64,000 nucleotides of DNA from NCBI GenBank assembly GCA_040766545.1, contig JAXGQH010000004.1, forward strand, positions 2,157-66,156, given 5' to 3'. Each line of letters starts with the position of its first letter. The first letter of the stretch is position 1. A model generated the notes under the pieces. That model saw only the letters and a program-made list of their open reading frames with translations. It searched no databases and was not told the DNA's origin. Positions 21,109 through 33,234 of the stretch are shown in pieces. The stretch comes from Christensenellaceae bacterium. GTDB lineage: Bacteria; Bacillota; Clostridia; Christensenellales; Christensenellaceae. The position numbers and the translations under genes were made by a program.

Positions 21109-22540
21109 CGAATACGCCGGAATTTTTCGGGGATATCTCTGAAGAAATCCGCCCTTTATGGACGAACGGAAAATCGACCGCCCCGAGGAGCCGCCCCGGG
21201 AGGGTGTTCTTGTGCGCCATTCCTTTTTCTCGAGGAGGGGGTTTTTGTCAACCGGGCGGCGCTTGTGATGGACGGCGCTGAAAAAGCCGCCATACCTTTC
21301 GTTCTCCCGCCGTGAGCGAGGGGGACGCTCTTCTTTATAAGCGGCAGAAAAAGCGGGGCGCAAAAATCAGCGTCTACCGGGCGCTTTTAGCCCATTATAA
21401 ACAGGAAAAGCCCTGGGGCTCCCTCACGGGCATCCGCCTTACTAAGCTCTACCGGGACAGTGCGGCCGAGCTGGGGGAAGAGGTGCGAAGAGGCTTTTTT
21501 GAGACGTTTAACGTGGCGGAAGGAAAGCTGGCTCTTGCGAAAGCGGTGTGCGATAACCAAAAGACTATCCCGGAGTCCGGCGGGGGAACAAGACCTTGAC
21601 CTCTATGTGGGCATCCCCTTTTGCACTTCCCGCTGCGCCTATTGCTCCTTTTATTCCGCCGAAACGTCCAAAGACGGGAGCATGGAAAAAGCCTATGTAG
21701 ACACCCTGCTAAAGGAAATCAACCTGCTTGCCCCCGTGATGGAGGCTTTTCCGCTGCGAAGTGTCTATGTGGGCGGCGGCACGCCCACTGCCCTTTCCGA
21801 AGAGCTTTTGCGCCGGGTGCTTTTGGCCTTGAAGCCGTATGCGGGGTGAGTTCACGGTGGAAGCGGGGCGGCCGGACACCATTACGGATAAAAAGCTGGC
21901 CTCTTAAAAGAGGCGGGGGTCAGCCGCATCAGCATCAACTCCCCAGACCACCTGCCAGAAGACGCTGGAGCGGATCGGCAGAAAGCACGGTGTGGCGCAG
22001 TTTTTCGCAGCGGCGGAGCTGGCGAAAAAGTATCATTTTGACAGCGTGAATATGGACCTCATCGCCGGGCTGCCGGGAGAAGGTGAGTTCCTCCGCTCGG
22101 TGAAAGACGTGCTGGCTCTTGCGCCCGAGAATATCACCGTCCACAGCCTGGCCATCAAGCGGGCCTCCAAATTCGGCATGGAGCAGGCCTCCCAGTTTTT
22201 AGAGGCCGAGCGGGTGGAGCGGATGCTGGAAAGGGCGGCGGCGCTCATTTTGGCCCGGTACCGACCTTACTATCTGTACCGTCAGAAGTATATGGCGGGA
22301 AACATGGAGAACACGGGCTATTCCTCCCCGGTAAAGAGTGCGTCTACAACGTGGACATCATGGAAGAAATCTTCCATCCTGGCTTTGGGAGCCGGAGCTG
22401 CCTCCAAGCGGGTATTTGAAAAGGCGCGCGCATCGAGCGTTACATGGGGGTCAAGGATTTGTCCAACTATCTTCCGGTGGAGGAGCTGGCGGATAAAAAA
22501 GCGCGGCTGTTTCGCCCCGTTGACTTCAAAAAATGTTTGA
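21093..22540 (+). CDS. hemZ: Radical SAM coproporphyrinogen dehydrogenase-like HemZ, multiply frameshifted
   Basis: PWGSLTGIR, LYVGIPFCTSRCAYCSF, YVGGGTPT, NMDLIAGLPGE, PYYLYRQK. Confidence 0.85.
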
Positions 22541-22549
22541 CCGTATAAT
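22520..22549 (+). promoter_or_regulatory. Promoter of hisS-aspS
   Basis: TTGACT-18 nt-TATAAT about 30 nt upstream of the TTG start. Confidence 0.6.
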
Positions 22550-22579
22550 TTAAGCGAAACCACACAGGGAGGAACTGTT

Positions 22580-23830
22580 TTGGGACTTACAAAGCGCCCA
22601 GGGGACGAAGGATTTATCCCCAAAAGAAAGCTACAAGTGGCAGTATGTGGAGGAGACCATCCGCCGGATACTGAAGAACTTTCACTATGGGGAGATCCGT
22701 ACCCCCATTTTTGAGCATACCGAGCTCTTTTTAAGAAGCGTGGGTGATACCACGGACGTGGTGCAAAAGGAGATGTACACCTTCCTCGACAAGGGGGAGC
22801 GGTCCATTACGCTCCGCCCCGAAGGCACGGCCGGGGCGGTGCGGAGCTTCATTGAAAGCGGGCTGGCGGCCGGACCGCAGCCCACCAAGATGTACTATCT
22901 CTCGGCCCCCGTGTTCCGGTATGAAAACCCCCAGGCGGGCAGGCTCCGGCAGCACCACCAGTTTGGCGTGGAGGTGTTTGGCGCGCCCGATCCGTCCGCG
23001 GATGCGGAAGTGATCAACCTGGCTTACACGGTGTTTCACGCCTTTGGCATAAACGATCTGGCCTTGAACATCAACTCCATCGGCTGCAAACACTGCCGGC
23101 CGGATTACAACAAAAGCGCTGGTGGACTACTACTGGCGCACAGCGCGCTTTGCGAAACCTGCCTGGCCCGTCTGGAAAAAAATCCTCTCCGCCTTCTTGA
23201 TTGCAAGCGAGGAGAAATGCCAGAAAATCGCGGAGGAAGCGCCCAAAAATCATCGATTATCTCTGCCCCGATTGCAAGGAGCATTTTGACGTCTTAAAAG
23301 AGTATCTCGACCTTCTCGGCATCTCCTATGCCGTGAATCCCCGGATCGTGCGGGGGCTCGACTATTACAGCAAGACGGTGTTTGAGATCGTCTCCACGGC
23401 CATCGGTTCCCAGGGCACGGTGTGCGGCGGCGGCCGGTACGACGGGCTGGTGGAAGAGTTGGGCGGCCCCGCCATGGCGGGTATCGGCTTTGGCATGGGC
23501 ATCGAGCGGCTCTTAATGGTTATGGAAAAAAGCGGCGCGGCCATTCCCGCACCCGCGCCTCTCACGGTATTTCTCTGCCCCATGGGAAAAGAAGCCCGCA
23601 AGCTGGCTTTTTCCCTGGTGAACGCGCTTCGGGCGGCGGGCGTTCCGGCGGATATGGATCATGCGGGCAGGAGCATGAAGGCCCAGTTCAAGTATGCCGA
23701 TAAAATCGGGGCGCAATATACCCTGGCTCTCGGGGAAAACGAGCTGGCTTCGGGCAGGGCGCAGTTAAAAGACATGGAAACGGGAGAAACAAAAGAAGTG
23801 CTGATAAGCGAGCCGCTGGGCTGGTTTTAG
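22580..23830 (+). CDS. hisS: Histidine--tRNA ligase, frameshifted
   Basis: TPIFEHTELF, LRPEGTA, FRYENPQAGRLRQHHQ, VRGLDYY, GGGRYD; TTG start after ggagga. Confidence 0.95.
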
Positions 23831-23844
23831 AATAGGAGCATCGT

Positions 23845-25614
23845 ATGGGCAAATGGAAGAGAACGGGCATGTGCGCCCAGTTCGGAAAAGAAGACGCGGG
23901 CAGAGTGGTCACGCTGAACGGCTGGGTAGACAGCAGGCGGAACCTGGGCGGCCTGCTTTTCGTGTGGCTCAGGGACAGAAGCGGCGTCATGCAGCTGGTG
24001 TTTGGGGACAAATGCAAAGATTTTTCGTTAGCCGAGAGCCTGCGGGCCGAATATGTGGTGTCTGTGACGGGCAGGCTGGCGCTTCGGGACGCGGCCAACG
24101 TAAACAAAGCTCTGAAGACGGGGGAAATCGAGCTGGTGGCGGAGGAGCTTCATATCATTTCAAAAGCCGTCACGCCGCCCTTTTCCATCGAGCGGGATTC
24201 CAAAGTGAAGGAAGAGCTCCGCTTGAAATACCGGTATCTCGACCTCCGCCGACCGGACATGCAGGAAAACCTGATACTGCGGAGCCGGATCGCCAACGTG
24301 ATGCGGAACTTCATGCATGAAAACGGCTTTGTCGAGGTGGAAACGCCCATCCTGCAAAAAAGCACCCCCGAGGGCGCCCGGGACTATATCGTGCCCTCGC
24401 GGATCAAAAAGGGTTCGTTTTACGCCCTGCCCCAGTCCCCCCAGATTTTCAAGCAGCTGTTGATGGTCGCGGGGTTTGACCGGTATTACCAGATCGCCAA
24501 GTGTTTCCGGGACGAAGACCTCCGGGCGGACAGGCAGCCCGAATTCACACAGCTCGACATGGAGCTTTCTTTCGTGGACGCGGAGGACGTGATGGAATTA
24601 AACGAGCGGCTTATACGAAAGATCATGAAAGAGGCGCTTGATGCGGATGTACAACTCCCGCTTCCCCGTTACAGCTACAAAGAAGCCATGGAGCGGTTTG
24701 GAAGCGACAAGCCGGATACCCGGTTCGGCCTGGAATTAAAAGATGTGAGCGACATCGCCCGGGATTGCGGTTTTAAGGTGTTTTCCGACGCCGTCAAAAA
24801 CGGCGGGAGCGTCCGCGGCCTCTCCACGGAGGGCGGGCAGCTTTCGAGAAAAGAGATCGATGCGCTGGGGGAATTCATCAAGACCTGCGGCGCGAAAGGC
24901 CTTGCCTGGGTGAACGTGAAAGAAGGGGAGATCTCCTCTCCCATCGCCAAATTCCTCTCGGAAGAGGAGATGGAGAAGATATTGACCCGCATGAACGCAA
25001 AGCCGGGGGACGTTTTGTTCTTCGTAGCCGACCAGCCCTCCGTGGTCTTCACCGCCCTTGGGGCGCTCCGCCTGGAACTGGGGAGGAAGTTTAGCCTCAT
25101 CGACGAATCCCGCCACGACCTTTTATGGATCACGGAATTTCCCATGTTTGAATATAGCCAGGAGGAAGGGCGGTACGTGGCCATGCACCACCCCTTCACC
25201 AGCCCCCTTGACGAAGACATCGATCTTCTGGAGACCGATCTGGCTCGCATCCGGGCCAAAGCCTACGACATTGTGCTCAACGGCAACGAAATCGGCGGCG
25301 GCAGCATCCGGATACACGACGCGGTCCTTCAGGAGCGGGTGTTTCAGGCGCTCGGCTTCTCAAAAGAAACGGCCTGGAACCGGTTCGGCTTTATGATGGG
25401 CGCGTTCCAGTACGGCACGCCGCCCCACGGCGGTCTGGCCTACGGGCTTGACAGGCTCATGATGCTGCTGGCGGGTTCAAGGAACATCAAGGACGTGATC
25501 GCCTTCCCCAAGGTGCAGAACGCCTCCTGCCTGATGAGCGACGCGCCTTCGGAAGTGGAGCAAAAGCAGCTGGACGAGCTGGGCATACTGGTGGCTCCGA
25601 GTAAAAACGAGTAA
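23845..25614 (+). CDS. aspS: Aspartate--tRNA ligase
   Basis: RLKYRYLDLRR, TPEGARDY, LPQSPQIFKQ, FRDEDLRADRQPEFTQ, PPHGG.AYGLDR. Confidence 0.98.
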   Translation: MGKWKRTGMCAQFGKEDAGRVVTLNGWVDSRRNLGGLLFVWLRDRSGVMQLVFGDKCKDFSLAESLRAEYVVSVTGRLALRDAANVNKALKTGEIELVAEELHIISKAVTPPFSIERDSKVKEELRLKYRYLDLRRPDMQENLILRSRIANVMRNFMHENGFVEVETPILQKSTPEGARDYIVPSRIKKGSFYALPQSPQIFKQLLMVAGFDRYYQIAKCFRDEDLRADRQPEFTQLDMELSFVDAEDVMELNERLIRKIMKEALDADVQLPLPRYSYKEAMERFGSDKPDTRFGLELKDVSDIARDCGFKVFSDAVKNGGSVRGLSTEGGQLSRKEIDALGEFIKTCGAKGLAWVNVKEGEISSPIAKFLSEEEMEKILTRMNAKPGDVLFFVADQPSVVFTALGALRLELGRKFSLIDESRHDLLWITEFPMFEYSQEEGRYVAMHHPFTSPLDEDIDLLETDLARIRAKAYDIVLNGNEIGGGSIRIHDAVLQERVFQALGFSKETAWNRFGFMMGAFQYGTPPHGGLAYGLDRLMMLLAGSRNIKDVIAFPKVQNASCLMSDAPSEVEQKQLDELGILVAPSKNE

Positions 25615-25651
25615 ACAGGGAACCATATAGAGAAAAAGGAGGACAGAAAAG

Positions 25652-25966
25652 ATGTTGCAGTTGACGACGGAAAACTTTAAAAAGGAAGTATTGCAGTCTG
25701 AAGTGCCCGTGGCGGTGGATTTTTGGGCGTCCTGGTGCGGACCGTGCAGAATGTTCGCGCCCACCTTTGAAGAAGTGGGGGATAAGCTGGCGGGGAAAGC
25801 CTCTTTTGCCAAGCTGAACGTGGACGATATGGAGAGCGTGGCCATGGAGTACCGGGTGATGACCATCCCCACCGTAATCGTCTTCAAGGGCGGCCAGCCT
25901 GTGAAAAAGAGCGTGGGCGTCATGAGCGCGCGGGATTTGGAAGACATGGTGACAAGCGTATTGTAA
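25652..25966 (+). CDS. trxA: Thioredoxin
   Basis: VDFWASWCGPC. Confidence 0.96.
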   Translation: MLQLTTENFKKEVLQSEVPVAVDFWASWCGPCRMFAPTFEEVGDKLAGKASFAKLNVDDMESVAMEYRVMTIPTVIVFKGGQPVKKSVGVMSARDLEDMVTSVL

Positions 25967-25969
25967 AGG

Positions 25970-26001
25970 AATAAAAAAGAGCTCCGGCTCTTTTTTATTT
26001 T
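25970..26001 (+). terminator. Rho-independent terminator
   Basis: aataaaaaagagc-tccg-gctcttttttatt. Confidence 0.85.
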
Positions 26002-26057
26002 CCCTTTTTATGTTAAACTTTTAAGGATATAGATTGCGTGAAACGCGGGAGAACACT

Positions 26058-29000
26058 GTGCGCTTAGAAAAGATTGAAATCAACGGCTTCAAGTCCTTTG
26101 CCGAAAAAACTGAAATCCTGCTCCAGGGGGGCATCATCGGCATCGTGGGCCCAAACGGCAGCGGCAAGAGCAACATTGCCGACGCCATCCGCTGGGTGCT
26201 CGGGGAACAGAGCAGCAAAAACCTTCGGGGCACCAAAATGGAGGACGTGATTTTTAACGGCACCCAGGACAGGCGGAAAAAGGCCTACTGCGAGGTGTCT
26301 TTATATTTTGACAACGCGGATATGCAGCTGGCCGCCGATTACAGCGAAGTGGTCATCACGCGGAAGATGTACCGTTCGGGGGAGAGCGAATACTTAATCA
26401 ACGGCAGCGTCGTGCGGCTGAAGGACATCATCGAGCTCATCAGCGACACGGGCATCGGCAAGGAGGGCTATTCCATCGTGGGTCAGGGACGAGTGGACGA
26501 GCTTTTATCCTCAAAGCCCCTTGCCCGCCGGCGGGTTTTTGAAGAGGCGGCGGGCGTGATGAAGTTCCGCCTCCGCAAAGAAGAATCCGAACGGAAACTG
26601 GAGCGGACGGAGGAAAACCTCATCCGCATCGGGGACGTGCTGAACGAACTAAACGCCCAGCTCCCTTCCATGGAGGAGCAGGCGGAAAAAACCAGGCGGT
26701 ATCTGGAGCTTTTTGAAGAAAGAAAGCGGCTGGATTCCAATATTTTTAAAATCAACTATTCCCGGGGCAGTGCCCGTCAGGCAAAGCTGGAAGAAGAGCT
26801 GAAGCTGGTGGAAGAGGAGATCCGAGCCTTAAAAGAGGAGTTTAAGGGCGGAATCGAGCGGAGCGAAGCCTTAAACGCCGAGCTTTTGGCGGCGGAGGCC
26901 GCGCTTGACGCAAAAAAAGCCCAGATTTCCCAGGCTTCGGCCGATATCGAAAAAAACATCGGCCAGAAAAACGTGCTGCTGGAGCGGATGGCGGCAGTAA
27001 AGGCCGATATGGCCCGGCTGGAAGGGGAAAACGCCGAAAGCGCCGCCAGGGTCAAAACCCTTGAAGAAGAGAAGGCCGCCCGGCTGGCCGAGCTTGCCCG
27101 GTTGAAACAGGAGGCGGAGGAGCTGGAAAGCGGGCTTCGGCTGCTGGAAGCGGAGAAACAGCTTCAGGAAAAGGAATACGCCAATCGGATCGCCGAAATC
27201 AAAGCCATGCGCCAAAAGCACATGGAGCTTTTAATGGAAAGCTCCCGGGTGGCGAGCAAAGTGTCTGCCCTGGAAGCCCAGAAGGAGAGCATTTCCACCG
27301 ACTTTGAGCGTTTCGACGCTTATCAGGAGGAATACACCCTGGCTCTTTCGGAGGTGCTCGGGAAAAAGGAGCAGGCGGAGTCCGCCTTAAAAAAGCTGGA
27401 AGAGGGGAAGACGGGTACGGTCCGGTCTTACAACGAAGCCAACAGCTTTTTAAAAGGTTATAAGCAGGAACACGAGGAAGGGGCGAAAAAACTGGAAGCG
27501 GCCCGGGGAGCGGTGAACGCGGCCATTTCGAGAAAAGCCCTGCTCTCCAATTTAAAAGCCGAATACGAGGGGTATTCTCTTGGCGTACGGAGCTTCATGA
27601 AAGAGGCCGCGCTCGATAAGGAGGTTTTTTCGGGCGTGCTGGGCACCGTGGCCGAGCTTATCGACGTGCCCCGGGAGTATGAAGACGCTATCGAGGCGGT
27701 GCTGGGGGGCGCCATGCAGCACGTGGTGGTGCGCTCTGAAAGCGACGCCAAAAAAGCCATCGCCCGCCTGAGGGACAAGCGCCTTGGAAAAGTGAGCTTC
27801 ATCCCCATGGACGCCATCAACATCCGGCGCATGAGCCCCGAGGAGAAAGAGGCGGCAAAGGGCTGCGTGTCCCTGGCCCAGGAGGCCGTCCGCTACGCCG
27901 AAGAAGTGCGGCCGGCGGTGGAGTTTTTGCTGGGGCGCACCGTGATCGTGAAGGATATGGACGCGGCGGGCGCGCTCGCCCGAAAGACGGGCTACGGCCT
28001 TCGGGTGGCGACGCTTGGGGGAGACTTCATCAACCCCGGCGGGGTCATCACGGGGGGAAGCCAGCAGGCAAGAAACTTCGGGCTCCTCTCCCGCCAGCGG
28101 GAGATCGACGACGCGGAGGCTGCCTTAAAAGAAAGCAAGAAAGCGGCGGAGGAGGCCGAAGCCGTCCAAAAGAAAATCAGCGAAAAAATAACCGAACAGG
28201 AGGAGAGCCTTCGGATACTCGGAGAAGAACTCCGGGAAAACGACGTGGCAAGAGCAAGGCTTCTCTCCGAAAGCCATTCCCTTGACCAGAGAAAGAAAGA
28301 AATCGAAGCCGAACTTTCAAGGCTTCATTCCCAGCGGGAAAAAAGCGCCTCCGAGCAGGAAAAGGCGGCGGAGGAAAAGGCGGCGCTGTTTGGCGAACAG
28401 TCCCGCATGGAAAGGGAAGCGGAAGAGCTTCTCCTTGCCATATCCTCCCTGGAGCGTCTTTCAAGCGTAGACCTTCTCACAAAGCAGGAACAGGATTTAT
28501 CTGAAGAGAGGGTGAGGGCCGCAAAAGCCCATTCGTCCGTGGAGATCGCGGAAGCGGGCGTCCGGCGGCTGGAAGAAGACATTGGGAGCATCGCCGCGGG
28601 CGTGGAAAAAAGAAACGGGGAGCTGGAGCGGAACAGGGGCTTCCTTTTGGAAGCGGAAAAGCAGCAAAAAGAGCTGGACATGCAGCTTGAAAGCTGCCAT
28701 ACCCGGCTGGAAAAGCTCGCGAAAGAAGCGGAGGAGGCTCAGAAAAAGCGTCAGGACGTGGGCGAGCGGATCGCCCTTCTCCAGCGCTCGGGCATGGATT
28801 ATCAGGACAAGCAGGCCGGCCTTGCCGAAAGCAGATACTGGTTGGAAGGCCAGATCGAGCGGATCCGGCTGAGCCTGGAGAATGGGGCCAACAAGCTTTG
28901 GGAAGATTACAGCATGACCTACGCCGACGCGGAGAAGTTTGACTGCTCTTTAAGCTACGCCGAGTGCGTCCGGCGGGCGGGCGAGGTGCGGGGAGATCCG

Positions 29001-29587
29001 GGAGATCGGCCCCATCAACCCAAACGCCATCGAGGATTACGCCAAGGTGTACGAACGGGCGAAGGAGCTTTCCACCCAGAAGGGCGATCTGGAAAAGGCG
29101 AAAGCCGATCTGGAAAAGGTGATCGGCAGCATCATCTCCTCCATGCGGGTGGAGTTTAAAGCCAAGTTTGAAAAAATTAACGAGAGTTTCGAGCGGATAT
29201 TCAAGCAGCTCTTTGGAGGCGGCCGGGCGCGGATTTCCCTGGAAGAGGGATATCATGGAGTGCGCATCGAAATCGACGTGGAACCGCCGGGCAAGAAACT
29301 CCAGCACATCTCGCTGCTGTCCGGAGGAGAGCGGGCGCTTGGCGGCATTGCGCTGCTTTTTGCCATGATCGAAATCAACCCCTCCCCCGTTTGTCTGCTG
29401 GACGAGATCGACGCGCCTCTCGACGAAGCCAACGGAAAGCTGGGGACGTATCTGCGGTCCATCCACAGCTCCCAGTTTTTGATGATCACCCACAAAAAGC
29501 AGTCCATGGCCATCTGCGACGTGCTCTTCGGCGTGGCCATGGAGGAAAAAGGGCGTGTCCCGGCTGGTTTCGGTCAGAATGAATTAG
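26058..29587 (+). CDS. smc: Chromosome segregation protein SMC (indels near 28990 and in the C-terminus)
   Basis: [15 protein letters not shown], coiled coils, hinge (GGVITGG), [15 protein letters not shown]. Confidence 0.96.
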
Positions 29588-29595
29588 AGAACGGC

Positions 29596-30490
29596 ATGTC
29601 ATTTTTTGATAAACTGAAAGCGGTATGAGCAAAACGAGAAAGAACTTCTCCGACAAGCTCAAAAGCGTGCTCACGGCCTTTGCCCGGTGGACGAAGATTT
29701 GCTGGAGGAACTGGAAGAAGTGCTGATCCTCTGCGATATGGGCGTGCCCACGGCCGAAGCCGTCATCGGCGAGCTGCGGTTAAGGGTGAAAGAAAATAAG
29801 ATCAGGGAACCCCTCGAAGTGCGGGAAGCTCTGGCGGAGATCGTGGGCAAACTGCTGGAAGAGCCGCCCGGGAGGAGACCTTCCCGAAGGTGCTTCTCAT
29901 CGTGGGGGTGAACGGAGCGGGCAAGACCACCTCCATCGGCAAAATCGCCTGTGCGTATAAAAGCCCGGGGAAAAAGTGTGCTCCTGGCGGCGGCGGATAC
30001 TTTCCGGGCGGCGGCGGCCGAGCAGCTTTCCATCTGGGCGGATCGGGCGGGCGTGCCCATCGTGAAGTACGCCGAGGGGCACGATCCGGCGGCGGTGGTA
30101 TACGACGCCGTGGATTCCGCCAAGCATAAGAAATACGATCTGGTGATCGTGGACACGGCGGGCAGGCTGCACAACAAGAAAACCTGATGAACGAGCTGTC
30201 CAAAATCTCCCGGGTCATCGACAAGGAATACACGGAGGCGGAAAAAGAGACGCTCCTTGGTGCTGGACGCCACCACCGGCCAGAACGCCGTGGCCCAGGC
30301 CCGGGAATTTTCCGCGGCGGCGCAGGTGGACGGCATCATTCTGACCAAGCTCGACGGCACGGCCAAGGGCGGCGTGGTCTGTGCCATTAAAAAGGAGCTG
30401 GGCATCCCCGTGCGCTACGTGGGCGTGGGGGAGGGAATCGACGATCTTCAGCCCTTCGTGGCCGCCGATTTTGCAAAAACATTGATTGAG
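29596..30490 (+). CDS. ftsY: SRP receptor FtsY, multiply frameshifted (end approximate)
   Basis: [44 protein letters not shown]. Confidence 0.92.
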
Positions 30491-30505
30491 AAGCAGCAAA
30501 AACGC

Positions 30506-30534
30506 TTGACAAGGATGTGCGCCTGTTGTATAGT
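30506..30534 (+). promoter_or_regulatory. SigA-type promoter of ylxM-ffh
   Basis: TTGACA-17 nt-TATAGT. Confidence 0.7.
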
Positions 30535-30543
30535 GAGAAAGCT

Positions 30544-30887
30544 ATGGCACAGAAAAGCATTACGGATTCGCTCCTTTTGGAGATATACGGCGAAGTTTTA
30601 TCCGAAAAACAGCGGGACGCGCTCCGCCTGTATTTTGACGAGGATCTGGGGTATTCCGAGATCGCGGAAAACACGGGGGTTTCCCGTCAGGCGGCCATGG
30701 ACGCCATTCAAAAGGGCAGAAAGCGCCTGCAGGAGCTGAGCGCTGGGTCTTCTCAGCAAATACACCGCCACCAATCAGGCGGTCACGGAGATGCTCGGCC
30801 TCATTAAGGGGAACGGGCTGGAAGAAGAACTGAAAGAAAACTGAAAGAAAACTCACGGCCATCAGAGCCGCCTGGGGAGACAGATAA
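30544..30887 (+). CDS. ylxM: YlxM family DNA-binding/SRP-associated protein, frameshifted
   Basis: [14 protein letters not shown]...[20 protein letters not shown]; lies between ftsY and ffh. Confidence 0.88.
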
Positions 30888-32195
30888 ATGGCTTTTGAAG
30901 GACTTGCCGAAAAACTGCAAAACATATTTCAAAAGCTCACCCGCCGGGGCAAGCTGACCGATCTCGACATCAAAGCGGCCATGCGGAAGTGCGCCTCGCT
31001 CTTCTGGAAGCGGACGTAAACTTGCGGCCAAACAGTTTGTGGCCCGTCCGAAAAGGCCTCGGCAAAAGAGGTGATGGAGAGCCTCACGCCGGGTCAGCAG
31101 GTGATCAAGATCGTGCGGGACGAGCTCACCGAGCTTCTCGGGGTATGCGGAGCGAGATCAGGCTGGCGTCCGCGGTGCCCACCGTCATTTTGATGGCCGG
31201 TCTTCAGGGCGCGGGCAAAACCACCATGTGCGCAAAGCTGGCGCTCCATTATAAAAAGCAGGGTAAAAGCGTGATACGTCTGCGACGTATACCGCCCGGC
31301 GGCTAAAGAGCAGCTAAAAGTGGTGGGTCAGGCGGCGGGGGCGGAAGTCTTCGCCATGGACGGGAACGATCCGGTGAAAATCGCCAAAGCGGCCCTGGCT
31401 CAGTGCAAAAAGAACAACGACATCCTCATCATCGACACGCCGGCCGGCTCCACATAGACGAAGGCATGATGGCCGAGCTCAGGCAGTTAAAAGAGGCGTT
31501 AAACCTTCAGGAAGTGCTGCTGGTGGTGGACGCCATGGTGGGGCAGGACGCGGTCGCCGCGGCCAAAGCCTTTAATGAGGAAGCGCCTTTAACGGGCGTG
31601 ATCCTCACCAAAATAGATGGGAGACACCCGGGCGGCGCGGCCCTTTCCGTGAAGGAAGGACGGGCAAGCCCATTAAATTCGTGGGTGTGGGGGAGAAAAA
31701 TAGGAGGACATCGAGCCTTTCTATCCCGACCGCATGGCGGGCAGGATACTCGGCATGGGGGACGTGCTCACCCTGATTGAAAAGGCCGAAAAGAATCTGG
31801 ACGAGAAAAAAGCCCTGGAAATGCAGGAAAAGCTCCGGACCCAGCAGTTCAACCTGAACGACTTTTTGGAGCAGCTTCAGCAGATCAGGAGCATGGGCTC
31901 CCTTCAGGACATGGTCCGCATGATCCCCGGAGCTTCTAAGCTGGCGGGGGGCGCGGAGGTGGACGAAAGCCAGATGAAAAAGGTGGAGGCCATCATCCAG
32001 TCCATGACCAAAAAGGAGCGGGAGTCGCCCGACATCATCAACTCGGGCAGGCGGAAGCGGATCGCCGCGGGAAGCGGCACCACCGTGCAGGACGTGAACA
32101 GGCTGTTAAACCAGTTCGCCCAGATGAAAAAGGCCATGAAAATGTTCTCGGGTAAAAAAGGCAAGATGAGAGGCTTGATGGGACTGCCCTTTTAG
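30888..32195 (+). CDS. ffh: Signal recognition particle protein Ffh, multiply frameshifted
   Basis: [43 protein letters not shown] domain [12 protein letters not shown]. Confidence 0.95.
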
Positions 32196-32236
32196 GGCGT
32201 TTCAATAGATATTCAAACAATCATTTGGAGGAAGAT

Positions 32237-32473
32237 ATGTCAGTAAAAATCAGGTTCAAAAGAGTCGGCGCAAAGAACGCGCCCCGTTACAGGATCGTGG
32301 TGGCGGACAGCAGAAGCGCCCGGAACGGCAAAGTGATCGAAGAGATCGGCAGCTACAACCCCATCAGCAAAGAGCTGAAAGTGGACGGGGACGCAGTGAA
32401 GAGCTGGATCGGAAAAGGCGCGCAGCCCTCTGATACGGTGGGCGGCATCTTAAAGGCTAAAGGCATCCTTTAA
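32237..32473 (+). CDS. rpsP: 30S ribosomal protein S16
   Basis: [11 protein letters not shown]...[14 protein letters not shown]. Confidence 0.98.
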   Translation: MSVKIRFKRVGAKNAPRYRIVVADSRSARNGKVIEEIGSYNPISKELKVDGDAVKSWIGKGAQPSDTVGGILKAKGIL

Positions 32474-32486
32474 GCCGAAAGGATAC

Positions 32487-32717
32487 ATGATGGGAGAATT
32501 GGTAAAATACCTGGCGGAGTCGCTGGTGGATCACCCGGAGTCTGTCCGCATCACGGAAAAGACGCTCAACGACACGGTGATCATTGAACTCTCCGTGGCC
32601 GAAGAGGATATGGGCAAGGTCATCGGCAAGCAGGGCAGGATCGCCAAAGCCATCCGCACTGTTGTGAAGGCCGCGTCCGTCAAGACGGGGAAAAAGTACA
32701 CGGTCGAAATCATCTGA
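32487..32717 (+). CDS. khpA: KH-domain RNA-binding protein KhpA
   Basis: DMGKVIGKQGRIAKAIRT. Confidence 0.96.
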   Translation: MMGELVKYLAESLVDHPESVRITEKTLNDTVIIELSVAEEDMGKVIGKQGRIAKAIRTVVKAASVKTGKKYTVEII

Positions 32718-32718
32718 C

Positions 32719-33234
32719 ATGGAATATTTGAGGCTTGCGAGAGTGTTGAAGCCCCAGGGCATCAAGGGGGAACTGAAGCTCAAAACCTTTGTGGACGATC
32801 TCGACCGGTTTTACGAACTGCCCTATGTGTTTTTAAAATCAAAGGGCGGCTATGAAAAGCGGCAGGTGGAGGACGTCTGGACCTATAAGGAATTCGCCTT
32901 TGTGAAGATTTCAGGCTGTGACGACCGGAACGCCGCCGAGGCGCTCCGGGGCGCGTACCTCTATGTGGACCGGAAAAACGCAGTGGAACTCCCGGACGAA
33001 GACACGTTTTTTATCGCCGACCTCATCGGCTGCCTCGTATTGAACGAAGCGGGCGGGGAGTACGGACGGGTGGAAGAGGTGCTGAACACGGGAGGGCTGG
33101 ATATTTACCATGTGAAGGGGAAAAAGAGCCTTCTGTTTCCCGCCGCTCCGGGAGTCATCACCCGGGTGGACGTGGAAGGCAAAAGACTGTTCGTGGACGC
33201 AAAACGCCTGGAAGAGGTGGCCGTCGATGCTTGA
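32719..33234 (+). CDS. rimM: Ribosome maturation factor RimM
   Basis: KPQGIKGELK, DRNAAEALRG, DLIGC.V. Confidence 0.95.
   Translation: MEYLRLARVLKPQGIKGELKLKTFVDDLDRFYELPYVFLKSKGGYEKRQVEDVWTYKEFAFVKISGCDDRNAAEALRGAYLYVDRKNAVELPDEDTFFIADLIGCLVLNEAGGEYGRVEEVLNTGGLDIYHVKGKKSLLFPAAPGVITRVDVEGKRLFVDAKRLEEVAVDA

Noticed and set aside
30828-30852. Tandem aactgaaagaa repeat in ylxM
   Set aside because: A short in-gene repeat encoding ELKEKLKK in an indel-rich area; no array structure.
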